This document shows, one piece after another, positions 27,363 to 35,165 of a stretch of 64,000 nucleotides of DNA. The notes beneath the pieces were generated by a model. It saw nothing but the letters and a program-made list of their open reading frames with translations. It ran no database searches and was not told where the DNA came from. The translations under genes were made by a program, and so were the position numbers. The DNA comes from a virus (lineage: Duplodnaviria > Heunggongvirae > Uroviricota > Caudoviricetes). The stretch spans positions 67,101-131,100 of the IMG/VR virus record IMGVR_UViG_3300047320_000132; one strand, 5' to 3'. Every line of letters starts with the position of its first letter. The first letter of the stretch is position 1.

Positions 27363-27735
27363 ACAAGTTATCGTAATGCGCAAAGACCTTGGAATGCGCA
27401 AAGGGAAAATGATTGCTCAAGGTGCGCATGCAAGTCTTGCGGCGATTCTGAGTCAGATGCGAGAATACATCCACGACACTCTTGAGTTGCAGATGGATGA
27501 AAGAACCAAGCCTTGGCTCACAGGCAACTTCAAAAAAGTGTGTGTATATGTAAATTCCGAAGAGGAACTACTCGCACTCTATGCAAAGGCAAAAGCTTCT
27601 GGCATAATCACTGCATTGATTACAGACTCAGGTCTGACAGAATTTCACGGTGTCCCGACCAATACCTGCATCGCAGTTGGTCCGGATTTTGAAGATAAGA
27701 TAGATACGGTGACCGGTGGGTTGCCACTTCTATAG
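27352..27735 (+). CDS. pth2: Peptidyl-tRNA hydrolase, PTH2 family
   Basis: 127 aa. VIVMRKDLGMRKGKMIAQGAHAS...FKKVCVYVNSEEEL...ITDSGLTEFHGVPTNTCIAVGP matches the PTH2 signature along its whole length. Confidence 0.8.
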   Translation: MSHKQVIVMRKDLGMRKGKMIAQGAHASLAAILSQMREYIHDTLELQMDERTKPWLTGNFKKVCVYVNSEEELLALYAKAKASGIITALITDSGLTEFHGVPTNTCIAVGPDFEDKIDTVTGGLPLL

Positions 27736-27747
27736 AGGAAATGTATA

Positions 27748-28020
27748 ATGAGTTTTATCCAAACAGTTGAAGACGACGTTAAAGCAGTAGTCGCAAAGAT
27801 TGAAGGTCTGTTCCACAGCAAGACTGCTGAAGAGATCAAGACCGAGCTTGAAGCAGAGGTCAAGAAGATTCAAGACGCTGCTGAAGCAAAGATCGAAGCG
27901 CTTCGTGCAAAGATTCAGCCGAAGATTGACGCAAAGCTTGCCGAAATTAAAACGGATGTTGCAGCAGCAGTTTCGACAGCAGTTGCAGATGGCGTAAAGA
28001 GCGCAATCGAAAAGGCTTAA
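27748..28020 (+). CDS. hypothetical coiled-coil protein rich in Ala, Lys and Glu
   Basis: 90 aa of amphipathic helix repeats. Confidence 0.45.
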   Translation: MSFIQTVEDDVKAVVAKIEGLFHSKTAEEIKTELEAEVKKIQDAAEAKIEALRAKIQPKIDAKLAEIKTDVAAAVSTAVADGVKSAIEKA

Positions 28021-28029
28021 AGTTTCAAT

Positions 28030-28106
28030 GTCGGGATAGCCAAATTGGTTAAGGCCTTCGCCTGCAAAGCGAAAGATTGAGAGTTCGAGTCCCTCTCCCG
28101 ACTCCA
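28030..28106 (+). tRNA. tRNA-Cys (GCA)
   Basis: Acceptor GTCGGGA/TCCCGAC. Anticodon stem TTCGC/GCGAA, loop CTGCAAA. T-loop TTCGAGT. CCA encoded. Confidence 0.7.
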
Positions 28107-28155
28107 GTTATAACAGGTCCCGCTGCTACCTGATAAAGAAAGCAGCCCAAACACT

Positions 28156-28230
28156 GGCTCCATCGTATAGTGATTATTACACTCCCCTGTCCAGGGAGAT
28201 ATCGGAGTTTGATTCTCCGTGGGGTCGCCA
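28156..28230 (+). tRNA. tRNA-Asp (GTC), non-canonical D- and T-loops
   Basis: Anticodon stem CTCCC/GGGAG, loop CTGTCCA. T-arm CGGAG-TTTGATT-CTCCG. The D-loop lacks GG. CCA encoded. Confidence 0.6.
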
Positions 28231-28702
28231 ATACAGTAGAAGCACCATGTCTGAACTGAGTTTGAAGGATCACGTTAAAGGATCCGTAGTTTTGAAAAGT
28301 ATCACAAAGGTAATCTTTGGTATACTACTTCGTCTGGACTTGAGTTTCCGGTTCCGATTTCAGATACTGGTGATGCTGAGTTTCATATCTCTGATAAAGC
28401 GCTGTTATTCATGCGCTGGATTAGAAAGCACCTAGATGAAATTGCAAAAGCAAAGCAAGAGCAAGAAGTAAGCATTGGTTAAAAGAACCTCCTCCGTTAG
28501 GTTGCGCAGTGCCCCATATGGATCGCTCCCTCGTAAATGGGAAACGTCAGGCCCGAGTGACGTAAATTCTCGGCATCCCAATTCTAGACGCTGAGCGTTA
28601 AAGCTCACTGCCAGAAGTTAAACAGACATCCCGTGTGGGGATTAGATCTGCGGGGGTATGGCCGTTACGACCTGGACAATGTCGCTAAACTTTTGTCCAC
28701 AC

Positions 28703-28780
28703 GCCCGTATAGCTCAGTTGGTAGTAGCACTCGCCTTGTAAGCGAGAGGTCACTGGTTCGAATCCTAGTTACGGGCACCA
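28703..28780 (+). tRNA. tRNA-Thr (TGT)
   Basis: Perfect acceptor GCCCGTA/TACGGGC. Anticodon stem CTCGC/GCGAG, loop CTTGTAA. The T-arm register is ambiguous (one extra nt or one mismatch). Confidence 0.6.
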
Positions 28781-28787
28781 GTATTTC

Positions 28788-28863
28788 CCCCAGGTAGCTC
28801 AGTTGGTAGAGCGGCATGTTGAAGCCTTGCGCGTCGGAGGTTCGAGTCCTTCTCTGGGGACCA
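28788..28863 (+). tRNA. tRNA-Phe (GAA)
   Basis: 76 nt with standard numbering. Anticodon loop TTGAAGC. T-arm GGAGG-TTCGAGT-CCTTC. CCA encoded. Confidence 0.65.
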
Positions 28864-28873
28864 GTTTAACAAT

Positions 28874-28951
28874 CGCGGAGTAGAGCAGCCCGGTAGCTCA
28901 GCAGGCTCATAACCTGAAGGTCGGTGGGTTCAAATCCCCCCTCCGCAACCA
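28874..28951 (+). tRNA. initiator-like tRNA-fMet (CAT) with C1-A72 mismatch
   Basis: CGCGGAGTAGAGCAGCCCGGTAGCTC...GGCTCATAACC...TTCAAATCC...CTCCGCAACCA is very close to E. coli tRNA-fMet and includes the unpaired C1-A72 end that marks initiator tRNAs. Confidence 0.7.
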
Positions 28952-28956
28952 AACAA

Positions 28957-29032
28957 CGGAACTTAGCTCAGTTGGTAGAGCCTCGGATTTACATTCCGAA
29001 TGTCACAGGTTCGACCCCTGTAGTTCCGACCA
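28957..29032 (+). tRNA. tRNA-Val (TAC)
   Basis: Perfect acceptor CGGAACT/AGTTCCG. Canonical D-arm. Anticodon stem TCGGA/TCCGA, loop TTTACAT. CCA encoded. Confidence 0.75.
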
Positions 29033-29049
29033 TTAATAACGAGGTAGAC

Positions 29050-29256
29050 ATGGCAACCGATAGTAAAGAAATCGTTCGTGTATTCCGCAGTTACAAAAAA
29101 GAGAATGGTTGGCCGATGGCTCACGAAGCTGCTAACCTAATCGAGAAGTTAGAGAAAGAAGTAGCAGATTTGAAGATTGGTATTGAAGTTCTCTGCAAAC
29201 AACTAGGTGAAGCTAATCATAATCACCTTGCATATCTAGTCGATCAACTTAAATAG
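29050..29256 (+). CDS. hypothetical protein
   Basis: 69 aa from the Met after tRNA-Val. The longer track ORF overlaps three tRNAs. Ends with TAG. Confidence 0.4.
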   Translation: MATDSKEIVRVFRSYKKENGWPMAHEAANLIEKLEKEVADLKIGIEVLCKQLGEANHNHLAYLVDQLK

Positions 29257-29261
29257 ATTTA

Positions 29262-29339
29262 CCCTGCTTAGCTCATGTCTGGTAGAGCACTCGACCGATA
29301 ATCGAGAGGTGCCTGGATCGTCGCCAGGAGCAGGGACCA
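29262..29339 (+). tRNA. tRNA-Ile (GAT)
   Basis: Perfect acceptor CCCTGCT/AGCAGGG. Anticodon stem CTCGA/TCGAG, loop CCGATAA, with C at position 33. T-loop ATCGTCG is unusual. CCA encoded. Confidence 0.65.
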
Positions 29340-29475
29340 AACAAAGCAATATGAACCACCTAGAAGAAGAAGCAGCCTGGTGTAGAGCGCAGCTTAAAGA
29401 AATGGTTGGAGACAGGTTGTACAAGTGTAGTTGCTGGATTTTGCATACAGACGAATGTGAAAGAAGGAACAAAGA

Positions 29476-29718
29476 ATGTTTGATCGATCAGAACGCAGAC
29501 ACCACGTCGAAAGGTTAAAAGAAACACGCAAAGCATACGGTTGGCGTAAAGAACCGTTGACACCCAGGCAACTCGGTGCAGTAGTACAACATCCGCAGAT
29601 GTGTTCCTGCTCTGGGTGTGGAAATCCTCGTAGACACAAGTGGTTTAAGAGCGAGTGTTTAACTCTTCAGGAACGTTCACAATTAGAAGCTCTTAAAACT
29701 TACGAGTTTGAAGGGTAA
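29476..29718 (+). CDS. hypothetical basic Cys-containing protein
   Basis: 80 aa with a CSCSGC motif. Confidence 0.35.
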   Translation: MFDRSERRHHVERLKETRKAYGWRKEPLTPRQLGAVVQHPQMCSCSGCGNPRRHKWFKSECLTLQERSQLEALKTYEFEG

Positions 29719-29728
29719 TTTCAACAGT

Positions 29729-29806
29729 CCGAGTGTAGGCTAGCCAGATTAAGTCGTCTGCTTTGGGAGCAGAAAATCGCAGGTTTGAATCCTGCCACTC
29801 GGACCA
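29729..29806 (+). tRNA. tRNA-Pro (TGG), non-canonical D- and T-loops
   Basis: Acceptor CCGAGTG/CACTCGG. Anticodon stem TCTGC/GCAGA, loop TTTGGGA. T-arm GCAGG-TTTGAAT-CCTGC. The D-loop lacks GG. CCA encoded. Confidence 0.6.
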
Positions 29807-29817
29807 CTCTTTTCACT

Positions 29818-30033
29818 ATGACAACCCTATATCAAATCAAGCTTGTTGTGGATCGTGTTTATCCTGAATACAAAGCCAATAGTGGTTTCATCGATAGTCT
29901 TGACGTCGTAGAAATCGTAATGGCTGTAGAAGATCAACTCAACGTTCAATTCGACGATTACAAACTTGAGAAGTTTCAGGCCGATACTCCGCTGGCGGAT
30001 ATTCCTGAAATTCTTTACGGAGCATTGGTTTAA
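29818..30033 (+). CDS. acpP: Acyl carrier protein
   Basis: 72 aa. SGFIDSLDVVEIVMAVEDQLNVQFDD carries the DSL phosphopantetheine-attachment serine in the usual helix-II context. Start moved to the Met after tRNA-Pro. Confidence 0.6.
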   Translation: MTTLYQIKLVVDRVYPEYKANSGFIDSLDVVEIVMAVEDQLNVQFDDYKLEKFQADTPLADIPEILYGALV

Positions 30034-30090
30034 TGTTTAACGACGCATACTTTCACAATTGGCATAGTAGACCATATAGAGGAAACTACT

Positions 30091-30492
30091 ATGTCACGCA
30101 CTTATCGCCGTCAAAAGGGTTACGTTCCTAAATACGTTATCGATGCGACTGAGCCTCTCAAAGGCCCGGATGCAGAAGACGCTGAACGTCTGACCGATCC
30201 CAAGAACTTCTACCGTGGAAAAATCCCCGGTTGGTACAAGGGTTACGCAAAGGTTAACGGGCAGTGGTTCCGCTACGGAACTAACAAAGCTTTCGGTCAG
30301 CAAATGGCTTTCTGGTTCGGGGATCACGGCTACGCCTGGCGTCGTCTCTACGGAAAGGACACTTGCAAATTTGTCCGAGGGCACACCCAGGTCCAGTACC
30401 GTATGGATGCCAAGTTGGAACTCGACAAGTACCGCAAGAACCCTGATTACGAAGTACAAATTCCCCGCAAGAATCTCTTGCCGTGGGACTGA
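30091..30492 (+). CDS. hypothetical protein
   Basis: 133 aa rich in aromatic and basic residues. Confidence 0.45.
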   Translation: MSRTYRRQKGYVPKYVIDATEPLKGPDAEDAERLTDPKNFYRGKIPGWYKGYAKVNGQWFRYGTNKAFGQQMAFWFGDHGYAWRRLYGKDTCKFVRGHTQVQYRMDAKLELDKYRKNPDYEVQIPRKNLLPWD

Positions 30493-30494
30493 AC

Positions 30495-30525
30495 AACGCC
30501 CAGCTTAGGCTGGGCTTTTTATTTG
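30495..30525 (+). terminator. intrinsic terminator
   Basis: GCCCAGCTTAGGCTGGGC hairpin followed by TTTTTATTT. Confidence 0.6.
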
Positions 30526-30533
30526 GAGAAATC

Positions 30534-31148
30534 ATGAGCTGGAGCATCGCCCTGCTTGAGAATACTGTCGAAGTTTCTGCAAAGATTGCGGAAGAGTTAG
30601 TTAAGGCCCAAAGCTATAAGGGAGAATTCTGGAGCAACGGATTTGAAGTAACTTACAAGGGTAAGCTTTACTTCAACCCCGATCACTCCGAACACATGGA
30701 CTTTTTAACAGACGAAAAGTTACTGGAAGTACTGACGAAGAACAAGGTTGAAGGCAGGATCTGTTTCGCTTCGCTTGAAGGCGACAACAGAGGTGAATTT
30801 TGGGGCTATGAATTTGATGGCAAAGGCGCAGTGCATGCGCTTGTAGGCTCCCTTGTATTTCAGCGTAAAATTGTCGAGCCGGAAATCCAATTTCCAAAAG
30901 AATACGTCCTGGTTAAAACCTCACGAGTATACTACGGTGGTCCAGTCCGAGAACCACACCTACCGGTTACCTCTTTGGACGTGGCTATAGCCCTTGCACG
31001 GGGCTCGGTTAATCCAGTTGGGTACGATGTATATGAACTGGTTCCCCGAGGCACTGAAGCCCTGCATCCAGTTTGGAGATATGCCGATCGTGCTTCATAT
31101 AAACAGGCAGTAGATCAGATTGACCCCCTTCATGACGGAGTTGAGTAA
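30534..31148 (+). CDS. hypothetical protein
   Basis: About 204 aa. Start moved to the Met with the GGAGAA RBS, because the track start overlaps a terminator hairpin at 30495-30522. Confidence 0.5.
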   Translation: MSWSIALLENTVEVSAKIAEELVKAQSYKGEFWSNGFEVTYKGKLYFNPDHSEHMDFLTDEKLLEVLTKNKVEGRICFASLEGDNRGEFWGYEFDGKGAVHALVGSLVFQRKIVEPEIQFPKEYVLVKTSRVYYGGPVREPHLPVTSLDVAIALARGSVNPVGYDVYELVPRGTEALHPVWRYADRASYKQAVDQIDPLHDGVE

Positions 31149-31324
31149 TGGAAGTCAAAGTTCAACTTACAACAGAAGAAGTAAAACAGGCTATTAAGAA
31201 TTACGTGAATACACAAGGAATGAGCCTCTCTGTTAAAGAAATACAATTCGGGGACAGAGGTGAAGCTACTGTTACTTGTGAAAAGGCGAAGCACCCAACT
31301 GGTTTTGGAGCATACGATCGATGA
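31148..31324 (+). CDS. hypothetical small protein
   Basis: About 58 aa (MEVKVQLTTEEVKQAIKNYV...). ATGA overlap with the previous gene. Below the ORF-track length cut-off. Confidence 0.3.
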   Translation: MEVKVQLTTEEVKQAIKNYVNTQGMSLSVKEIQFGDRGEATVTCEKAKHPTGFGAYDR

Positions 31325-31424
31325 GCTGGCCTGAAGCTTTCGCAACAGTAGGATGCGCATTTGCGTTCGTAGCGTTTATCTGGATCTTGACACGCTAACT
31401 GTGTTTTATTAAACTAGCAGTATT

Positions 31425-31500
31425 GGGAATATAGCTCAGTTGGCAGAGCAGCGGATTCTAAATCTGAAGGTCTCGGGTTCGAGCCCCGATGTTCCTACCA
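31425..31500 (+). tRNA. tRNA with CUA anticodon (amber suppressor-type). Amino acid identity unresolved.
   Basis: A 76-nt canonical cloverleaf. Acceptor GGGAATA/TGTTCCT. D-arm GCTC-AGTTGGCA-GAGC. Anticodon stem GCGGA/TCTGA, loop TTCTAAA, so positions 34-36 are CTA. Short variable arm. T-arm TCGGG-TTCGAGC-CCCGA. A73. CCA encoded. Confidence 0.55.
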
Positions 31501-31614
31501 AACATTTAAAGGAATTACCATGAAGCTCGATAAGCTCTAGGTTACGAAGCCTCCGTAAGACAACCTTACCTAAAAGCACCGTAGTACCTACACTTTTACT
31601 TAAGGAAATTAATC

Positions 31615-31938
31615 ATGTCTTACATTTATTCAATCATTCGCAAAGATATTCCCCTCGCAGATCAGATCGTTCAGACTGCGCATTCCGCATTTCACGCTGG
31701 CCAAGCCGATCCGAAAAACGGTGCGGCATTAGATTGTGAAATCCCTTCGCTGGTCCTCTTGCAGGTGCCAAACGAAGAAGCCTTGCTTGAGCTTCACAAA
31801 AAACTTAAGGCTGCAGGCATCGTTCACAGCACGTTCCACGAGCCTGACGATGACATGGGTTGGACGTCGATCACGACCGTGTCTATTAATCAGGAAGATC
31901 GTAAGCTCTTTAGTAATTTGCCTTTGTGGAGACCCTAA
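31615..31938 (+). CDS. divergent PTH2-like peptidyl-tRNA hydrolase candidate
   Basis: 107 aa. The N-terminus IYSIIRKDIPLADQIVQTAHSAFHAG parallels the PTH2 motif (vvRxDLxMxxGKxaAQxxHA). The rest of the protein is divergent. Confidence 0.4.
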   Translation: MSYIYSIIRKDIPLADQIVQTAHSAFHAGQADPKNGAALDCEIPSLVLLQVPNEEALLELHKKLKAAGIVHSTFHEPDDDMGWTSITTVSINQEDRKLFSNLPLWRP

Positions 31939-32166
31939 ATGAACGATAGGATTCTTATCTTCTACAATAAGGCGCATAACACTGATACCTCAATACCGCC
32001 GTGGGTCTGCCAATCTAAAGGTCAGACATACAATGTTAATCATATTACAATCGGAAGTGGCATTGGCTTCTCGACCAAGGAGAGGCCCGACCACTCTAGT
32101 ACCAAGGCGTGTCTCGTTGTTAAAGGTACGTTGACGATCAAGGATGGTGAGGCGTTGATAAATTAA
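31939..32166 (+). CDS. hypothetical protein
   Basis: 75 aa. Confidence 0.3.
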   Translation: MNDRILIFYNKAHNTDTSIPPWVCQSKGQTYNVNHITIGSGIGFSTKERPDHSSTKACLVVKGTLTIKDGEALIN

Positions 32167-32212
32167 TCTTTACAACTTTTCTTTAGATGTATGTTTAGAG
32201 TAAAATAGAAAT

Positions 32213-32758
32213 ATGAACTCTGACATACTTCAACCCTTGATAGATATGGGATTGACAGCCAAAGAAATGAGTGAACATCTTGGCTGTTCAATTCATAAAG
32301 TAAAGTACTACATGAAAAAACTGGGTATTAAAACCCAGCTTGCCCAAAAGTACGATTCATACGTTTCGTATGAACAATTAAAAACTAAAATTTGCCGCTC
32401 TTGCAAATTAGAAAAATCTGTTTTTGAATTTAGAAAAGTTGTTATATCTGGTAAAGAAAAACCCGGCTCTTATTGCAAAGCGTGTGTAAAGCAACAAAAC
32501 TATGCAGCTAAAAATAGTATTAAAAAACAGGCCTTAGATTATAAAGGTAATAAATGCCAGTGTTGCGGATACGACAAATATGAAGGCGCTTTAGAATTTC
32601 ATCATTTAGATCCTAAAGAAAAAGACTTTCTTATTTCTAGATACGGACGAGACGCTACTTTAAATGACAAAGATTTATTTACAGAATTAGATAAATGTGC
32701 TTTACTGTGTTCCAATTGTCACCGTGAGGTTCATGCAGGACTCATTAAACTAGATTGA
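32213..32758 (+). CDS. HNH homing endonuclease with N-terminal HTH, paralog of the gene at 41978
   Basis: 181 aa. GNKCQCCGYDKYEGALEFHHLDPKEKDF...LLCSNCHREVH is near-identical in its C-terminal half to the 41978 protein. Confidence 0.75.
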   Translation: MNSDILQPLIDMGLTAKEMSEHLGCSIHKVKYYMKKLGIKTQLAQKYDSYVSYEQLKTKICRSCKLEKSVFEFRKVVISGKEKPGSYCKACVKQQNYAAKNSIKKQALDYKGNKCQCCGYDKYEGALEFHHLDPKEKDFLISRYGRDATLNDKDLFTELDKCALLCSNCHREVHAGLIKLD

Positions 32759-32760
32759 GT

Positions 32761-32770
32761 TTGGTATAAG
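32761..32770 (+). promoter_or_regulatory. TTGGTATAAG promoter motif upstream of the tRNA-like elements and the AAA+ gene
   Basis: TTGGTATAAGAGAATTGTG. Confidence 0.45.
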
Positions 32771-32798
32771 AGAATTGTGAAAGAACATTTCTTTTATA

Positions 32799-32868
32799 AA
32801 CAAAATAGCTCAATTGGTAGAGCGCACATACTCTTGTGAGGCTGGGGGCTCGTATCCCCCTTTTGTTA
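32799..32868 (+). ncRNA. tRNA-like element (pseudo-tRNA?) with canonical acceptor and D-arm but a defective anticodon arm
   Basis: Acceptor AACAAAA/TTTTGTT. D-arm TA-GCTC-AATTGGTA-GAGC. T-arm GGGGG-CTCGTAT-CCCCC. The anticodon region does not form a standard 5-bp, 7-nt stem-loop. Lies 28 nt downstream of a TTGGTATAAG promoter. Confidence 0.35.
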
Positions 32869-32884
32869 GCTTAGTAAACTTCTT

Positions 32885-32968
32885 GGGCGTGACACCGTGC
32901 GCTGGCAGGTAACGGCCTCATAAGCCGTCGGAGAAATCCCATCGTGGGTTGGAATCCCACCGCGCCCA
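32885..32968 (+). ncRNA. tRNA-like element with CAT anticodon loop, long variable arm and an over-extended terminal stem
   Basis: Acceptor GGGCGTG/CGCGCCC. Anticodon stem ACGGC/GCCGT, loop CTCATAA. 15-nt variable arm. T-arm GTGGG-TTGGAAT-CCCAC. The terminal helix extends to 13 bp (AACTTCTTGGGCG/CGCCCAAGAAGTT), which is not tRNA-like. Confidence 0.35.
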
Positions 32969-33052
32969 AGAAGTTTATTGAGAAGCTTTATAACCACCCC
33001 TCTGAAGTCTAGAGGGGTTTTTCTTTGCAGCACTTTTTGTAGCCTAATCGAT

Positions 33053-35116
33053 ATGGAAACGAAGGAAATCAACGTGAGTGACATTCAAGAACAAATCGCG
33101 GAATCGAATGCAGGCGCTGCTATTGGCGAAGTTGCCAAGGCTGATGTACCCGCTGTCGCTCCGGAAGTCGCTGCGGCGGCTGCACAAGCTGCAATGATCG
33201 CAGAAGTGGTCAAGGCTGCTCTCGAAAACGCCGGTCTTGGCAAGACGGATCCGATCGCAGAAATCGCGGCGATCTCGATCAGCAGCGACGAAATGCCTGT
33301 CGCTTCCCGTCCGATTGCAGAAGTGATTCCGGGCCGTACTGGACAGATCAAGGTTTATGTTCCGTATGACATTCGTGCGGACATGAACAACTATGGTCGT
33401 GTCATCGGCAGCCGTATGAACACGTCCACGAACGAGTTCAACTACATCAACAACCCGGCACAGTTCAACGTTGCTCGTGGCGCGGGTATGGTTGGCGGTC
33501 TGGAAATCTTCAAGAACCGTTCGAACATCGAATCGTACCTGAACAACCTGGACGACTACAACGACGATCAGGACTTCATCGAACGTGTTCGTTCGCAGAT
33601 GACCCGTATCCTCGAAGAAGTGAATGCGTTCTACGCAAACACTCTCGGCAATATCAGCAATCTGTCGGTCAACAACGAGTTCACGTATGACGAACTCGCC
33701 GTTCTCCTGGCTCAGCCTGGCATCAAGCTGGTTGTCGAAGACGACTTCGCCCTGGTTTGTGTTACGACTCACGCTGCAAGTCAGCAGATGAGCATGAGCG
33801 GCCCGTACATCGCTGCAGCTGGGCATATGTACGCACGTAACGGTCAGGAAATTCAGCAATTCACGCATCAGTACTACTTCGGTGGTTACGACGGCAAGAA
33901 GAGCCTGAAGGAACTGGGCATCACGCCGTTGGAATCGGATGCTGAACTCAAAGCCCGTCTCCTCGCTCGTGGCAAGCGCGGTGTCGAAGTTACGGCTTCG
34001 TCGTCGTACATGCAGTACAAGGGCGATCTGGTTCGTCGCGGCTACTGGAGCAACACGGCTTTCCGTTCGACGGGTCGTGTCATGATCGACTTCCAGGCAA
34101 TGCGTATCATGGATCCGAACTACCGCAAGTTCTTTGGCGGAACTCAGGATCGTGACTCGTACGGCTACACGGCCAAGGCTGAAACGGTGAAGCTGAGCGA
34201 TGACGTGTATCTGACGTTCTCGCCGTATGTTTATGGCTTCTCGTTCCTGTCGAAGGTCTGGGGTGAAATGCTGGTCGACAACATCACTCCGATTCAGTTC
34301 CGTACGGATGCTTACGGCAAGCTGGTGATGGACGAAGATCAGAAGGAAATGATCGTGTCGCTGGTGGAAACCCAGCTGGAAGGCAAGAAGGTCGACATCA
34401 TCGATGGCAAGGGTGGTGGCACGATTTTCCTGCTGGCCGGTGAACCGGGTACTGGCAAGACGCTTACTGCTGAAGTTACGGCAGAGCATCTGAAGCGTCC
34501 GCTGTACATGGTTGGCGTTGGCGAACTCGGGACGAGTGCCAGCGAGCTGGAAGACAATCTGCGTCAGGTTCTGGATATCGCCGCGACGTGGAATGCAGTG
34601 CTCCTGCTTGACGAATGCGACATCTTCATGGAAGCCCGTACGGATAGCAATATCCAACGGAATGCTATGGTCGGTGTTTTCCTGCGTCTGCTGGAATACT
34701 ATCAAGGCGTTCTGTTCCTGACGTCGAACCGTGCAAGCAACATCGACAAGGCGTTCTACTCCCGTATCAGCATGGCGATTAACTTCCCTGCGCTGACTAC
34801 TGGTGACCGTGTTCAAATTTGGGAGAACAACCTCAATATGAATTCGGTGCAACTCACCGCGACGGAAATTCTTTACCTTGCCGAAACCTACGAGATCAAT
34901 GGTCGTCAGATCAAGACGGCTACTCGCAACGCTTCGGCTCTGGCACTGAAAGGCAAGCGTCCGACGGACATCAAGGACTTCCAACTGATCCTCAACAAGG
35001 GTCTGGAATTCCAGAAGGCGGTGTTCGAACGTGGTGGCAAAAACGACATGACGTTGCTGGGCATGCACAAGGATGCTCACGTCGTTGCTGACGTCGAGTT
35101 CAAAGACGTTAAGTAA
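33053..35116 (+). CDS. Large AAA+ ATPase with an approximately 450-aa N-terminal domain of unknown function
   Basis: Walker A GEPGTGKTLTA. Walker B VLLLDECDIF. Sensor-1 LFLTSNRASNID. Arg finger region FYSRIS. Codons are visibly GC-rich compared with the flanking genes. Start moved to METKEIN. Confidence 0.75.
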   Translation: METKEINVSDIQEQIAESNAGAAIGEVAKADVPAVAPEVAAAAAQAAMIAEVVKAALENAGLGKTDPIAEIAAISISSDEMPVASRPIAEVIPGRTGQIKVYVPYDIRADMNNYGRVIGSRMNTSTNEFNYINNPAQFNVARGAGMVGGLEIFKNRSNIESYLNNLDDYNDDQDFIERVRSQMTRILEEVNAFYANTLGNISNLSVNNEFTYDELAVLLAQPGIKLVVEDDFALVCVTTHAASQQMSMSGPYIAAAGHMYARNGQEIQQFTHQYYFGGYDGKKSLKELGITPLESDAELKARLLARGKRGVEVTASSSYMQYKGDLVRRGYWSNTAFRSTGRVMIDFQAMRIMDPNYRKFFGGTQDRDSYGYTAKAETVKLSDDVYLTFSPYVYGFSFLSKVWGEMLVDNITPIQFRTDAYGKLVMDEDQKEMIVSLVETQLEGKKVDIIDGKGGGTIFLLAGEPGTGKTLTAEVTAEHLKRPLYMVGVGELGTSASELEDNLRQVLDIAATWNAVLLLDECDIFMEARTDSNIQRNAMVGVFLRLLEYYQGVLFLTSNRASNIDKAFYSRISMAINFPALTTGDRVQIWENNLNMNSVQLTATEILYLAETYEINGRQIKTATRNASALALKGKRPTDIKDFQLILNKGLEFQKAVFERGGKNDMTLLGMHKDAHVVADVEFKDVK

Positions 35117-35150
35117 TCTGTAACGAAGGCCGGGCTTAGTCCCGGCTTTC
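35117..35150 (+). terminator. terminator-like hairpin after the AAA+ gene
   Basis: GCCGGGCTTAGTCCCGGC followed by TTTCTCT, a weak T-run. Confidence 0.4.
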
Positions 35151-35165
35151 TCTCGGGAGAATACA

